Program-made: the position numbers and the translations under genes
Notes under the pieces: model-generated
Told to the model about the DNA's origin: nothing
Seen by the model: only the letters and a program-made list of their open reading frames with translations
The model's database searches: none
Part shown: piece by piece, positions 40,601-54,199 of the stretch
Layout: every line of letters begins with the position of its first letter
Position numbering within the stretch: position 1 is the stretch's first letter
From: Lagopus muta
Lineage: Eukaryota
Assembly (NCBI RefSeq): GCF_023343835.1
Contig: NC_064433.1
Coordinates: 177,371,076 to 177,435,075, forward strand
Length of the DNA stretch: 64,000 nucleotides
Direction of reading: 5' to 3'

Positions 40601-41497
40601 ATCATTTTTAAATTGAAACATCAAAAAATTGTACTTGCGAGTACAGTTGTCCACTGTGGGAAAAACAGTACAAACTTGTGGAGGAATTATCTTATTTGAG
40701 TTGTGTTTTGTTACTGGCCTGCATTTTTCCTCTTTGCACAGAACTGTTTGTTATAAAGACTTAAGAAAAATAACGTTTATCTGATTTTATTTTCTCTCAG
40801 TCATTAGGATTAACTCGCTGTAGTGGCATCTGGAAAATAGAATTGGTTGGATTAGGCACATGTACCTGAGTGTAGGTGAAGCCATGTGGTATGATATCAT
40901 AAATTATCATAAATAGGATAATAGAAATGATGGTAGTTACTGAAGAGTTCTGCTGTGTTTTACTTTTAGGTTGGACAAAAATTGGTCTTAAGCAGTAGTG
41001 TTCCTGTACCTTTGAAATAAAGCCACGTATCTTGTAGTTAACCATAGAAGTGAATTTTTTAGGTGTCTGATATCGCTGGGAAATGAACACTGATTAAACA
41101 ACCGCTTACAGTGGTGGTGCTCCATCTGCACTTCTCCTTTATTGCTGTAGTCACAGAAGTGCTCACAGGTGTGAGCTCAAGTGCTCATCTGTCGGTGTTC
41201 TTACGGGAAAGTATGGGATTCTTTCAATGCGTGCTGCTTAATTATTGAGGCCTTAAACTGGGAAAACTCGTAATGCAGAGAATTCTTACTATTACTGTAA
41301 AAAAAAAAAAAGTGATCTTCAAAACTGCAGTGTCAAGGCAAGCTAATGGTTTGCTTTTCAAAGGGAGAAAACGTTTGTTTTTTTTTACTGGAGATTGTAA
41401 ACGTTTGTGAAGTGTTAGAGCTCTGGGTTTTCCACTGGTCTGACACCAGGCATTAAGGAGCCCAAATCTTTGGTTACTTTTGGGAGAATTTTGTGGG

Positions 41498-41523
41498 TTT
41501 TTTTTTTTTTTTTTTTTTTTTTT
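41498..41523. repeat. poly(T) homopolymer of 26 nt. A poly(A) run of 12 nt lies at 41300-41311.
   Basis: Read directly from the sequence. It lies in the intergenic spacer. Confidence 0.9.
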
Positions 41524-44500
41524 CCCCTGCTGCAATCCACAGAGCACTGGAAGAAGAGATGTGTGGAGTGATGTAATATACAGACTTCAGCATCAAGCTG
41601 AACCATGCATCTTTGAAGGCTGTCACCAGCTTCCTTCACGTGTCCTTATCCATTACGTTTAGGACTTTGTTCCCTGTTCAGGTTTTATTTATTGTGAAAG
41701 GCTTAACTTTCCTGATGATGTGAGCTGTGTAAAACTATTTGGGTCCTACAATACTAAACTTGATAGAAATAGGTTAGAGTAAAAAGCATTGGCAAGTTAC
41801 ATGGCAAGTCATTACACCCCAAGTGTTTTATTGCTGTATCATGACCTGATGTATGGTTGAAAGGAGGTTTAACAACGCTTCCTGAGGAGAAAAACGTAGT
41901 TCTTCTAAATTTGTTTTGAAATCTCTCTGTCTAAATCAACACACAGAGTTAAGTGACAAAATGCAGGAGAACTTAAAAATAGATAGCTACCCTTCCTTGA
42001 CTCCTTAGTGTGTGCAGATGGTGATATGGAGAAGTCAGAAGAGATGATTCCTCTGTCTGGATTTACACATGGAGGGAGATGGCAATGTGGAAAAGCACGA
42101 TGATATCTTCTAGTTCCTTACATCTAAAATTCTGGAGGCCATCATAAAAGTAGAACCACCAAATATGATTCCTGATAATCTTCATCTGAATTTCTTGAAT
42201 GTTATTTTAGAGTTCTACAACAAATGGAACTAGTTCCATGTAAATATGTAAATGAAGTACACACATTAATGGGCAGAATAAGTCCTTAAAACTCACGTTT
42301 CATGAAGACACAAAGACTGATGTCAGTGGCGAGTTGTTCACGTTTTCTCCTGACTTTTTGTCTATATGTCATGGTTTCATGGGCCGAACCATGACAGTAT
42401 ATAATGTAAAGGAGGAGAAATTGAAATTTATGAATGGAATATAAGGAAAGACTGCACATGCAAACCGAAATCATGCTGGAGGGGAAAAAAAAAATATGCA
42501 GAAATAGGTAAAACTTAATTTTCCACTTATTGTAGTAGGTAACTTCTGTCATGAGTTCTGATGAGTTCTTCAAAACACAGATGCAAGACCTGCGTTCTGC
42601 TGATTTGTCTTGGTTGTGACCAAACAACCAGAATGGGACTATCAGGATTTCCAGTTACGATTCACGTAATTATCTTGCCACAGTGACACATCTGAGGAAT
42701 AGATAATTGAGGGCCAGTGCCTGAGGTGCTTTGTCAGCTGATTGGATATGAATGCTACTGCACAGCTGTTACTCTGCCAATCTGGTAGAGCCCTTGCGTA
42801 CCTCAGCAGTTGCTTTACCCACCTCAGGTAATGAAGTTTCTTCATAGCTGTATGGATGCTTTTAAAACTTTTCTGCCTCTTTGGCTTAATGAATTTAATC
42901 TGCACAGTGGCAGCTGCTGCAGTTTAAGTGTTGAGAGTGATATGATCATGGAGTACTTTGCCCCAGCTGCAATCCATTTGGCTTTCACCTCTTCAGTCAC
43001 TGCAGTTCACTTCCAAATAATGCTTTTTATGGATTACAGATGTGAGTTCTCAAGGAGGTGTGATACAAAGCTGTTACATTTGTACTGTCAACAGCATAAA
43101 TTCCTACGGTAGCTTCAGACGCGCTAGAGTAAATGAACCTGGGTGATTATTGTAGTCCAGTTCTCTAATTATATAATAAAAACATGAACTGGTTCTAATT
43201 CTGTGTCCAAGTGCCGTTTCATCTTCAAACTATTTGGATATCTGCATTCATTCTAGATTACACAGTTTGATGCAAACTAGACTTACTCAAGTGTATGTAC
43301 AAGCATACCATGAGGCACAGTCAGGTGCTGATCAGATGAAAGATTTTGTAGATCTTGAAATTGAAGTTAACTGAAATAGATCTTAAATAACAGGGAAACA
43401 AAGCTTTGAGAAGGCCAGAATAAAGAGGAGCAGAAGAGAAAAGCTAAATATGAGCTCTTTTGTTGCTGATCCATAAAAGCAATAGGTGAGTCTGATGTTC
43501 TGTTAACACAGTTGACTCGTCAGATGGTGCACTGAGGTTTGGCTTGAAGTACGGACTTTGATGGAGAAACTTCTGCTTGCTTGTATGGAGATTCTTTTCA
43601 AAACAGCAAATGAAATTTGCAGCGCTAGATGGATTGTTTTTTATTTTCTATATTAAAAATGGAAAACAAGTAATGAAGTAACTTCAGTTTTAGGCTACGT
43701 TCATACACTTTTATTAATGTGTTTGAATTTCTCACTTCTCATACTTTTGGTAACTGATTTTAAACATGTGAAAATTACAGTATGAGCTTACATCTTAAAA
43801 TCAGAATCAACTCCAGTGAAAAATAAGCCAGTTTGTCTTGGATTCAAAACATTTTCATCTTGAATACGATGCCATCTGACCTACCTTTGTATGTAAGTCG
43901 ATAACAAAAGGAAATTCCCTTTTTCTTGTATGTTCTTGGCTTAGTTCTGATCAAACATGGTTTCATTATTAAGGTTTTTAGGCTTCATTGTTTTCAAACG
44001 AAGGAAGTTGTAGCTAACTGGATTGTCATTTTAAGGGATGGTGGGAGAGGAAGGGTTAATTTAAATACTACTCCTAAAAAGTACTGAAGTGTGTTAAATC
44101 TGTCACTCAGAATTACTATTAATATCGTGCTCTTCTCTTCACTAGGTGTTAACAGATGCTTCCTAGCTCTATACGAGACATGAGACATAACACTTTTTTT
44201 TTCTTTTTCATTTACCTGTCCTAATTTGAGTAGGCTCAATAGCTTTATCCTACAGGTGGAAGCCACCCTATTAAAATAGGGCAAATAAAGAAGCAGTAGA
44301 AAGTTGAGAAATGTTAGCACAGCATCCAGTAAAGCACATCTGATTGTGCGATTAAGGACCAGCTTACCAGATGATAAAGATTGCTCAGCAGTCGCAAGTT
44401 GAGAATCTCTGCTCATTGGTTTTATATGGTGGAGTTCACCATATTACATTTGCTGCATTAAATTTTTTCACGGATTCCTTATTCTGACTATGCACAGCTT

Positions 44501-44929
44501 TCAGCCCAGGTCTGAACAGTAATCTGTTTGGACTGGAGAAGTACTGGCAAGGACCAGTAGTATTGTATTGAAGCAGATAAGTAATGCCCTCATCTCCACA
44601 AAACACAATTTTCATGAAAAACGTTACCTTTATATTCAGCATTGGTTTGTGTTTTCCTAAGCAGGTAAGTCTTCAGTGGACTAACAGGACATTTGCAGGA
44701 TACCTTGAAATTTGTTAATGCTGCTTCATCGTCTTCATCTTGAAGTACAGATTCCATTTTCTGTGTAGTACAAATCTAGTGTTTTTCTAACAAGTATGGC
44801 TATATTGCAATGGAAGATAGAAGTAGCTAGTCCTTCTTTGTCACGATGAAGCAAATGGAAATAAAAATGGTCACCTGGCAAATTTAAAAACACAGGGAGG
44901 AAATTTCTTAATTTCACAAGGTTTTTTAA

Positions 44930-45135
44930 TAGATCAGCAGCATTGGGCACAAACTGGAGCACAGGAGGTTCCCTCTGAACACCAGGAGCACTGGCACAGG
45001 CTGCCCAGAGGCTATGGGGTCTCCTCCTCGGGGATCTTCCCAAGTCACCTGGACATGGCCCTGGGCACCCTGCTCTGGATGTCCCTGCTGGAGCAGGGCT
45101 TGGGCCAGAGGGACCCAGAGGGTCCCTGCCAGCCT
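44930..45135 (+). mobile_element. CR1-like LINE 3' fragment
   Basis: The sequence cacaggctgcccagaggctatggggtctcc...ctggacatggccctgggcaccctgctctggatgtccctgctggagcagggcttgg parallels the CR1 end consensus (ctgcccagagaggtggtgga...ctggatgtggctctgggcagcctg...). It explains the 169-aa minus-strand ORF at 44735-45244 as an artefact. Confidence 0.6.
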
Positions 45136-48100
45136 TAAATCTTTGGTGTAAGTAAAGCTTTGCTGTTCTTGGTTTGTATGAATCAATGTAACAGGCTTTT
45201 AATGTTAAGTACTTATTTACTTTTAATACAAAAGCATAAATCACTTAGTATTGCTATATTACATTCTCAAGTGGAATGCTTCAAAGATGAGTTCTTTGAG
45301 AAACTTGAATTGCAGCTCTAGAAAGACTGTACAACTGCAGCCTTGCCCCCAACGCAGTCTTATGGCTTCAGAAGTTGTAACCCCACAGAGATCACTAATT
45401 CTTCTCTCGTTTTGGAAGAGGAAGTTAGGACTCGAGCCTAACTTGGCACCTGCTGCAAAAATGTCAGGTAAGGAATCTTGAGGGAAGGGGGGACATTGTG
45501 TAAAGGTATATTATGCAGCATTGCTAACATTTCAGAAGTGCTCTGTTTATCAGTTTCATAATTCCTTAGTAGTGCTGTCTGTTTGTTTTAATATTGAAGT
45601 TGGATTATGCAAAATCCTGGAAGCTTCCCTTTAAAAGAGATTCCCTCCCCCTAGTTTTCTGAAGATCTAAAATATCCTGAAACTATCAGATGATCACGTC
45701 CCAGCTGCGTGTAAATATGCAAAGCTTATGCTGTTGTTCAGTTGTGTTAAAATGTAAAATCTGAGAGCAAGCTTGTAGGCTTTGACTGTACACATCCTTT
45801 GTTACTTCAAACATTTTTACATGGTTTGTAAACCAGGCTTAGTGAGCTTTGATAAAACTATGCGTATTTTCTTCTCTAGATTTTTAAGTGGCTGTTTCAT
45901 CTCAGCGTTATTGCAATCCTGTTTGGGCAGTGCATAGTACAGTGATGACCTTTGTTGGAGCAGTAGGGTGATGCTGATTGTACTCAAATACATGCTACAT
46001 GCTGATCTAACTGTATTACTTTACAGCAGACATAATTTGTTCTAAGCTCTGTACATTATCGTGATTGGCTGAAGTTGCTCAGAGTTTCTAGAACTTAACA
46101 CAAGTTCATGAAATTTTAACAGTATCTTCAGTGCTGACAGAACTGTTTTTGATCAGTCGGGTTTCTTGTCTATATCTCTTACTAGGTGAAAGATATGGTA
46201 AGAGTTAAAGGTTTTTCCCTTGTTCCTTCCAGCAGCTTTGTACTTCTTAGCTGCTTGTGATAAGGTAAAGTATGGTAAAGTGCTCAGGAACTTTGCATTT
46301 GTTTTAGAAGTCATGGGAGTTCTGAATGAAGAGAACTGTGCTATTGCTTGGACTCTGCTCCAAACACCTCCACGTGAGCACTGGCATTGGTAGTAGAAAT
46401 CTGGACATCTGAAGACATTGTTGCTGAATTAATGATGGTGTGCGTAGAATGGGTAACTGTGAAAAACAGGAACCAAATATTCTGGTACTTCAGGTACCAG
46501 AGGTGTTAGTGAGCCACGCAGGGGATGGGCCAGCAAGCCAAAGTGTGGGATGGAGTTGCTGTTTCATATAAGATTATTTTAATGAATGTATGACTACAGT
46601 TCACTAGATTTCATAGAAACAGAATGAAGTAGAATTACTTTGTGTAGTAAAAGTTTGTGATGTTAAGAACTGAAGGACTTAGTTCCCTTCTGCTGATCAA
46701 ACATGGAGTTCTTTGCAACTGTAAATCTTTAAATTTTACCAAAAACGGGATTTGCCTTTCTTGTTAATTGCTTAGTCTTGCATTTAGGGATGAAATGACT
46801 CTTTAAGAAGATTACAGTGCACTTTTGTTTTCAAATTTGGGCTTTGTTTGAGCAGTGCATATGAAATCTTTGTCCTTTTTAAATACTTTCAGACATTTGT
46901 AACTCTCCAAATACAGAAGAAATACCTCTAATTTACATGTGAGTGAAGTTTTGTTACATAGGCCAAACAGGAAAATAAATATCCCTTGATTATAATGCTG
47001 CCACTGATACTGCTATATTTTCTGTTACCTAAATAGTAGTGGTAACTATGCTAGTAACTGCCACCACCTTTTCTTTTTGGGAATCTTATTCCAAAGAACT
47101 TTCTTTTCGCTGTGTAAGATATAACTGCACATACACTGTAGTTCATAAATAAGAAATAATGAAGTAGGTATAAAGTGCTTTTAATAGTCAAGGCAAATGA
47201 ATGGCTTGATGGCTTGGTTCAAGTAGCGTTTTCTTTCTAGGAACTAAGTCTTCCCCCTGAGCCTTAGTTTGGTAGTACTCAGTTACTTGTTTCTAGTTGT
47301 ATGCAAGGATATGTTCTGAAGCAGCATTTTGGGAACATGAGATTAGAAAAGATGACATTGGGTTCATCTCCTGTGGTTGCTGTCAGCCAGGCAATGAAGC
47401 CCAGTTAACAACTGGTTTACTCTCCAGTGTGTTGTTGTAGTAAATGCATGCTTTTGTGCACAGCAGTGACTGTTTATGAGTAAGGTGAGCAAGGCTTGGT
47501 CAGACTTGATTAAAAACTGAGGGAATGAAGAGAAGATGATTCCTTGAGCGTTTGAAAATGTCTGGCACTGTCTTCCATTAGTATATCAGCCAATGTTGTT
47601 ACCTGTTACCTTTTGGTAGGAAAACCTGAATGCAGCTCTGTGGATCACCTGTCTCAGTTTCCCTTTGGCAGCCCCACATAAATGACCACCAGGGATTGCA
47701 TGTTATCCTGAGAAGAGCTCGGAGTGGGAGTTGTTTGTTCTGTGCTGTGATGGATGGTGGCTGTGCTGCTCTCTCTTCCTGCTGGGGCAGAATGTCATGT
47801 GCAAGTCAGAGTTTACCTATGCTGCTGCTCTGTTTTGCTAGGTAATTCTTTAAAGTAGACATAAAACAAATGGAGAAACATAGGGGGGGAGCTTTTTGTT
47901 ATAACAGCCACAAAAATCCTGTTAATTTAAAGCAAACAACCAAAAACAACACACACACAAAAGAACTCGTTCTGCTGGGGAAGATAGCGAGGGTGTACAG
48001 CTAATATATGCCTTGGAAGGACTGTAACAGTTTTAGTGTATAAGAAAAATGTGAAAGTTCCTTCAACATTGTAGGTTGTCATGGCTGTTTCTGCCTGGCA

Positions 48101-50959
48101 GTGTGGAGCTTGTCTCCAGAGCAAATTTGTATGAAAAAAACAGTAGTGGAGAGTGTGTTGTTAAACTGAGTATGTATAGCTCATGTTAGATTGTACTGAG
48201 GAGCTGGTTTTCCATGGCAGTGACAGTATATGCACAGTATTGATTTAGTTTATGCTTGTTGCATTGTGCACTTAACCATGTTGTATTCATTTTGCTTGGC
48301 ACCATCCCCACTTACTGAACTTAAAGAAATGCTGCATCATACAGTGGAAGATGATTTGAGTCTGTTAACTTGAAAATAACCATTTGCTGTGTCTCTGTTA
48401 GCTCTGACACGTCTGACACATCAGCATTAGCTGCCAGGATGTGCTCAGGACTAAGAGTAGTGACTGTAGAAGTTCATTAGGCAGTGTAGAGAGCTTGGAG
48501 TGGTCTTTGTTTCTAGAAAGGATACACTTCTGAAGCAGTAGTGCAGAGCCAGGTGACTTGCATTAAAACAAAAAACAACCACAGACAGAAAAACCTCCAA
48601 GTACTGTGTAATCTCCTTGAAAGTACGCCTTGTGATAAAGGAGGTAATTGGGAGCACTACCCGATGGTCTTGCTTGCTGACTTTAGGGTTGGTCTTCAAA
48701 AACACAGCATTTACTTAGGAGTTTGGCTGCAACTTCGTCACTGACATCTACGTTGTGGCTGCCAGGAATCTGTCTTCACAGATTTCAGTAAATCTTGAGT
48801 GGTCAAAAGGAAAACGTGTGGCAGCTGCAGAATCTGGAGACTGCAAGGCTTTTGGAGTTTTAGGATTTTTGTTTGTACATGGGGGGAAAAAAAGAAAAGA
48901 AAGCCTAATTGTTAGTGCTTTTTTTCGTAATATTAAAATATAATCTGAAAGAATGGCAGTCTGCAGTTACAGTTCCCATTTAAGATGTACTTATTTATTT
49001 TTGAGTAGCTGAATTAGCTTCACCATTTGAAGGCACTGGATGCTGTTTGTTACCGTTATTTCTCTAGATGGCTGTTCTAGCCTGACAGCCAGAGCTGTGG
49101 CAATTACTTATATTTGACCAGTTAAGGATTTTAGTATGAGAACTTGCAGAATGGCAGCTTTAGTTAGCAAGGGATAGTAGTACAGGCTGTGCACCACCTG
49201 CTTTGTTAAGAAGATACTCATCTGTCTGTTATGGAACAGGTAACAGCTTTTAAAGTTGGGCATGTAGGAAACTGCACCGTGTATATGGGGGAGGTGGGTA
49301 GATGAAATGAGAGAATTGATGGAGTTGTCAGCACTTTAAATAGGACTGAAGGATTACATTTTGTCAGCTGTGCTTAATCTGAGATTCCAGCATCTGCCAT
49401 TCTTGAGCTGTATCTGATAAGGTAATGTTACCTTCACTATAATGTTCATGGTTGTGTTGCAGTTTGCACCTAAGTCAATTCTGAGTTGCTCTTGGGAACT
49501 ATCCTGTAAGTGAAGCCAGCCTAATAGGTACGCCTTGTGTGTGGCTCTCCAGAGTCCTTTGTCTAACATGTATTTTACATGTGTGCCAGGTTTTCTGGTT
49601 GTCAAGCAAGACCTCAAGATGGTGGTAAACTGCTCTAAGGAGCCTTTATCTGAGAGATACAGAGCTCTTTATCCTGTTGTGCTGCTGTAATCAGGATCTT
49701 TCCCATTAGTCCTCCTCTGTATGAAGGCTCTGTCGTGCTCCTTAGCCCTGCAGCACGCTTCCAGGTCTGTTTCCCCAGCCTGAGCAATTCACTGTATAAC
49801 TCATCCAGCACAGCAGCTGGATCTTAAATCTGTGGCATCTGGAGGGTTGTTTTGAAACTTGTTTTGAAACCTGAATGTGTGGCACAGGGAAGTACTGTAT
49901 TTTAAACACTAAGAGCTTTTTCATGTGGACTGCAGAAGAAGCGATGCAGAGTTCAAGGTGAATATCCTCATTAACATTTTGGGTTCTTACCTACACAATT
50001 CTGATTTATTTCCAATATGTTGTAATTATCAATTAATAGGAATAAAGGTACATTCTGGTTTGCTCCTTCTCGTGTCTGCGCACTTAGCACAAACACAAGC
50101 AGATCTATACTAGAAGCTTTGAAATAACAAGTCTTAAACTTTTGCATCTATTTCCAAAATCAGTGTAGAAATACATTTTCATCAGACTTGTGCACAGCTC
50201 TGCTCCGAGTTGTTAAAGCAGGACGTTTTACTCCAATTGAATTTTCACATATAGCTCTGTTCCTGTTACGTATCAGTACCACAGCTGTCTGAGGAACATG
50301 GAGGAGGCTGCCTTTCTGCTTATATACCCTCACCACAACCAGGCTGAAAGTAGAGATGTCAGGTATCATTAATAGCAGTGGGCTGTGTGTGTGGATCCTA
50401 GTTATCTTAGCGGCAATAATATGATAAAGATGAAGCCTGGATTTGGCAGGCCTAGCAGAAGAACGTGCTTTGTTTGAGGATGTGTCTTTTAAAACCATAC
50501 AAAGAGGTGACAGGACTGTGGAGCAGAGCTGCATTTACTCAAAGCTGAAGTATGATAATTAGGAACTTACGTTCTTGAACCAACTGTTTTTTAACTGCAA
50601 GGCAGTAAAATTCCGTTTAAAATCTTAAAGCCGAAGAAGTGTCTAGGAGCAACTAAGGGTAAGAACGAGTACAGAATAAATGGCTTTTCCTGGTGGTGTG
50701 AAGTATTACTGATGTTTATATCCTCATTTTATACACGTGGGTGTGTGAAAAGAGAAAACTGTTTTTTCTAGTTTGTGTCACTGCTGTCTCTTTATCTTTT
50801 TAGGTTACTGTTAACGTTTTAAAATGCTGATGAAGACGGCCTTCTGTAGAATCCTTCTGCTGCCTTATGAATACAAAAGGGAATTCTAAACCAAGCTTTA
50901 GTACAAGGTATGTATTGTAAAATATTGGGATTTAGTGATTATTGAAATTGGGAGCTGGC

Positions 50960-51700
50960 TTTGTGTTCACACCTGCAATTTGATGTAGTTCTGCTGTACT
51001 GTACTTGGCAGTTCCCTGTTGAATGTCATGAGGTTCATGTCAGCCATTTTCCCAGGCTGTCAAGGTCATCTTGGGATGACCCTCTGGTGTACCTGATGCC
51101 TGACCCCTCATCTAGGTCATTAATAAAGATTTTGAGAATGACTGGCCCCAATGCTGACCTGGTGGCATACGCTGCTCATTGCTGGGATCCAAGTAGTCTT
51201 TATGCCACTGATCACAACCTTCTGGGCCTGCTCGGCCACTGCTCAGCCCGTGTCGCTGCTTACCCAGCCTGTGCTTCAGCTTGTCAGTGAGGGTGTTACA
51301 GCAGATAGCATCAAACCTTCCTCAAGTCATGGTAGGCAATATCCACTGCTTGCCCTGTATCCACTGAGCTGGTCACTCATCACAGAGGGCTGTCCCAACG
51401 AGCTGGTTAAGGCCTGACACATCACCCCTCTGTAAATGCATGCCAACTATTCCCAGTCATCTTCTCGTCTGTTCTGAGTGGCGTTTCACCTCTTTCTCAA
51501 GGCTTTTCCCAGTTCCCTGTAGCCCCACTACTGAAACCAGGAGCAGTTTGCCTCAGGAGCCTCTCTGGCTGCAGCCTGGCAGTGGCACCAGCCCTCTCCC
51601 TTGTTCTGTGGTGTTGCTGTGCGCTTTGCTAAGAGGTTCCCTGTTACTTTCTAGGTGCTGCAAAATCACAGTCTCATGTACACCAGGCTAAGGAAAAAAG
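50960..51700 (-). mobile_element. CR1 LINE internal (ORF2 reverse-transcriptase) remnant with frameshifts
   Basis: The reverse complement encodes ...GPVILKIFINDLDEGSGIRYTRG.. and ..VDIAYHDLRKV.. in shifted frames. These match the CR1 RT motifs GPVLFNIFINDLDEGIE and VDVVYLDFSKAF. The region is GC-richer than its surroundings. Confidence 0.65.
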
Positions 51701-54199
51701 TGAAAAGCATTTAATTAGAAAATCTAAAAAGTAAAAAAGAAGAGAGTTTTCAGGAAAAGGTGAAGAAAACCACTTGATACATTTCTGCGAGGTCTAAGCC
51801 ATCATTTTTTTCTCTGTCCAGCTGCCTTCTTGTCATGATGAAGTAGCTGTTGGGAACTCAGTCGCCTTCCTTTCCCTCACACATGGGACTACCCTTGAGC
51901 AAAAAGGTTGTTTGAGAGCCTCAGTGCCGGGCACGTTTCCCGGGCACTTCAGCATCTTTCTGTGCTCAGCTTACGCTTCCTTCCTGCTAGGGGAAGAGAG
52001 GAAGGCCAGGGCTCCCTGGAGACAGATGTTTCTTTGGCTGAATAGTGACTCCTTGTCTCAGGGCAGTGATGAAGCCCTTTCCTTCTCTTTCTCTCACTAT
52101 TCATTTGTGTGGGTACCCTTCAGATCGCAGTGTGAACCTTGCTGGCAAAGCATAGTGGTACAATTAAATGGCATTAAGAACTCAGACAAGATTAGATTAA
52201 AATGTGAGTGATCACATGATATTTGAGGCATTGTGTGCAACAACAAACTTCAAGCAGTTGCTAAGACCATGAGTCGGCCAGATCTTAAACACTTAAAATA
52301 ATACAACTTACACCTGGTCAGTAAAAGATTTCATTTGGTTCTGCCATACCAGGAGGGGTGCCTGGCTCCGATTTAATTCCCAGGGAGGTCAGAATGCTGT
52401 CAGTGTGCCTTGTAATCCACATAACCTCAGCAGTGCTAGCTGGGATGAGCATTTCCAAGTCCTTTATCCAGCTGTATTTGCCAATGTGTTGCTCTGTAGC
52501 TTGCTATTTGAGTCCTGCTGGTTGCTGTACTTTGTTTGCAAAAGTGCTTTTTCAGGATTTTTTTTCTATAATTTCAGTATCTAATGCCTCAGGCTGAGCT
52601 ACTTATTTACTAACAGTGTTCTTTATTGCATTAGGGTTGAAGGAAATCTTGTGATGGCCGTACAGCCTTATCCTTGAGGAAGGCTGCATTGAATCCGTAC
52701 AAGTTCATCTCTTCAAGTTACAACTTAAAAGATCACCTGAGGTGAGAAAAAAGTGATTTTCAGAATAATTGGAACAAACAACAGCGATGCTTGTGAACTG
52801 TGATGACATCTCTTCCCCTTATGCTGGACCATCTGTCTCTTTTGTGTTCTTCCCCCTAGTCCTTGCTCTGTGTGCTCTTGGGCACAAGAACAATGCTGCT
52901 ATCCAATAAAATAGCAATTAGAGCAGTGGCTCTTTGATCACTTTAGCTATCTCTGCTATTTAGCTTTCTCCTTTGGGCTGCATTCTTTGTGCTTGCAGAC
53001 AGGACCAGTAGCCCTGCAAAACCAGCAGGCAGCAATGGGAAGTTTACCAGCACAGGACTGGGCAGAAGATACATCAGAAAAACAGCTGCTGGCAGCTCCT
53101 TGCACCTCCTTGCACAGGAAAGTCCAAACTGCTGGTACTGGGATGTTCAGTCTCTAGCATTCAGCTTTTAACGCTTTCTATGGCTGACAACTCAGATGTG
53201 TACCTGAGGTCTTGCCTTTCTTTTTACTGAGTGTACTGGGAACACTTTGTTTCTGGCCCTCCAGTACAAGTACTGCAAAAGGGTGCTCATAAAGGCTTCA
53301 CAGCTGTACGTTCTGCAACAGGAACCACAGTAAGTCATATATTAAAGTATCATTTACATGACTGCATTTGAATTTAAAAACACTGATTCTGCTTAACTCC
53401 AAGGAGGATGATAACATTATTAAAGACTAAAATGTGCCAAAACAGAAATAACCATACTTTGCCATATGTGAAGGAAAAACAGTGAATTTGTGTTGAAGTT
53501 GCAGCATTAACACAGCACTGAAGCATTAGTTACCTGGAACACTCTGAGCCTGCAGCAACAGCCTGGAAAGTGAGCAACTGTTACCAGGAAGATCTGAAGT
53601 AGTTCTAAGGTTTCACCATCTATGCAGTTGAGTTGGATGATTAAAAAAAACCTGTACTAACAGTTCATTAGAAGGAAAAACAATGAATAAAACAAAATGA
53701 AAAACATGGTTTTTTTGATGCCACGAGGTTCCAACACCGCATTGTAATACAGCAGTGCTGTAGCTCTCCTTTTTTCAGAGTTTCTAATGAAACTCTTTCA
53801 AATCAACTTCCTGTTACTTGTGTATTGATTTTGTTTCCTGAACTCAAAGACAGTGAATGTGAACTGAGCAGCTGATGGGAACCTCTTAAGAGACAAAGCA
53901 AAGTCTTGTGGGCATAGAATAACTTAATGCAGTAGTGCAGCAACATCATGGAAACAAACTGAGGGTCATGATGGCCACAGGGTAAGGATGGAGACCACCA
54001 AAGACCATGCAGAAAGACACCATGTTACCCACTAAGCTCCAGCACCTGTGAGAAGCCAGAGTGCAGCAGTGAGAGCAAATGAGTTCGTACCTTCAGAGCC
54101 CTGTATTGGTACTGCAGAGAGTAATCCCTGCTGCTCTGCTTTGCTAGTAAATAGCAAGAGAAGAAAAAACCAAACAAGTATGTCAAAAGTACTTCTGCC

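Noticed and set aside
43994-44416. 140-aa - strand ORF in the spacer
   Set aside because: It has an AT-rich codon composition, no recognisable domain or motif, and no flanking splice or polyadenylation signals. This is the chance-ORF length expected in AT-rich DNA.
44735-45244. 169-aa ORF on the - strand, the longest ORF in the window
   Set aside because: Its Pro/Gly/Arg-rich core maps onto a CR1-like 3' fragment at 44930-45135 read in antisense. The flanks are AT-rich chance ORF. There is no domain similarity.
47880-47960. GC-rich patch and (AC)n-like run near 47.7-47.95 kb, considered as a possible promoter or exon
   Set aside because: It has essentially no CpG dinucleotides. The only ORF (47630-47845) has no homology, and its acceptor-like sequence is immediately followed by a GT. 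It is not a convincing exon.
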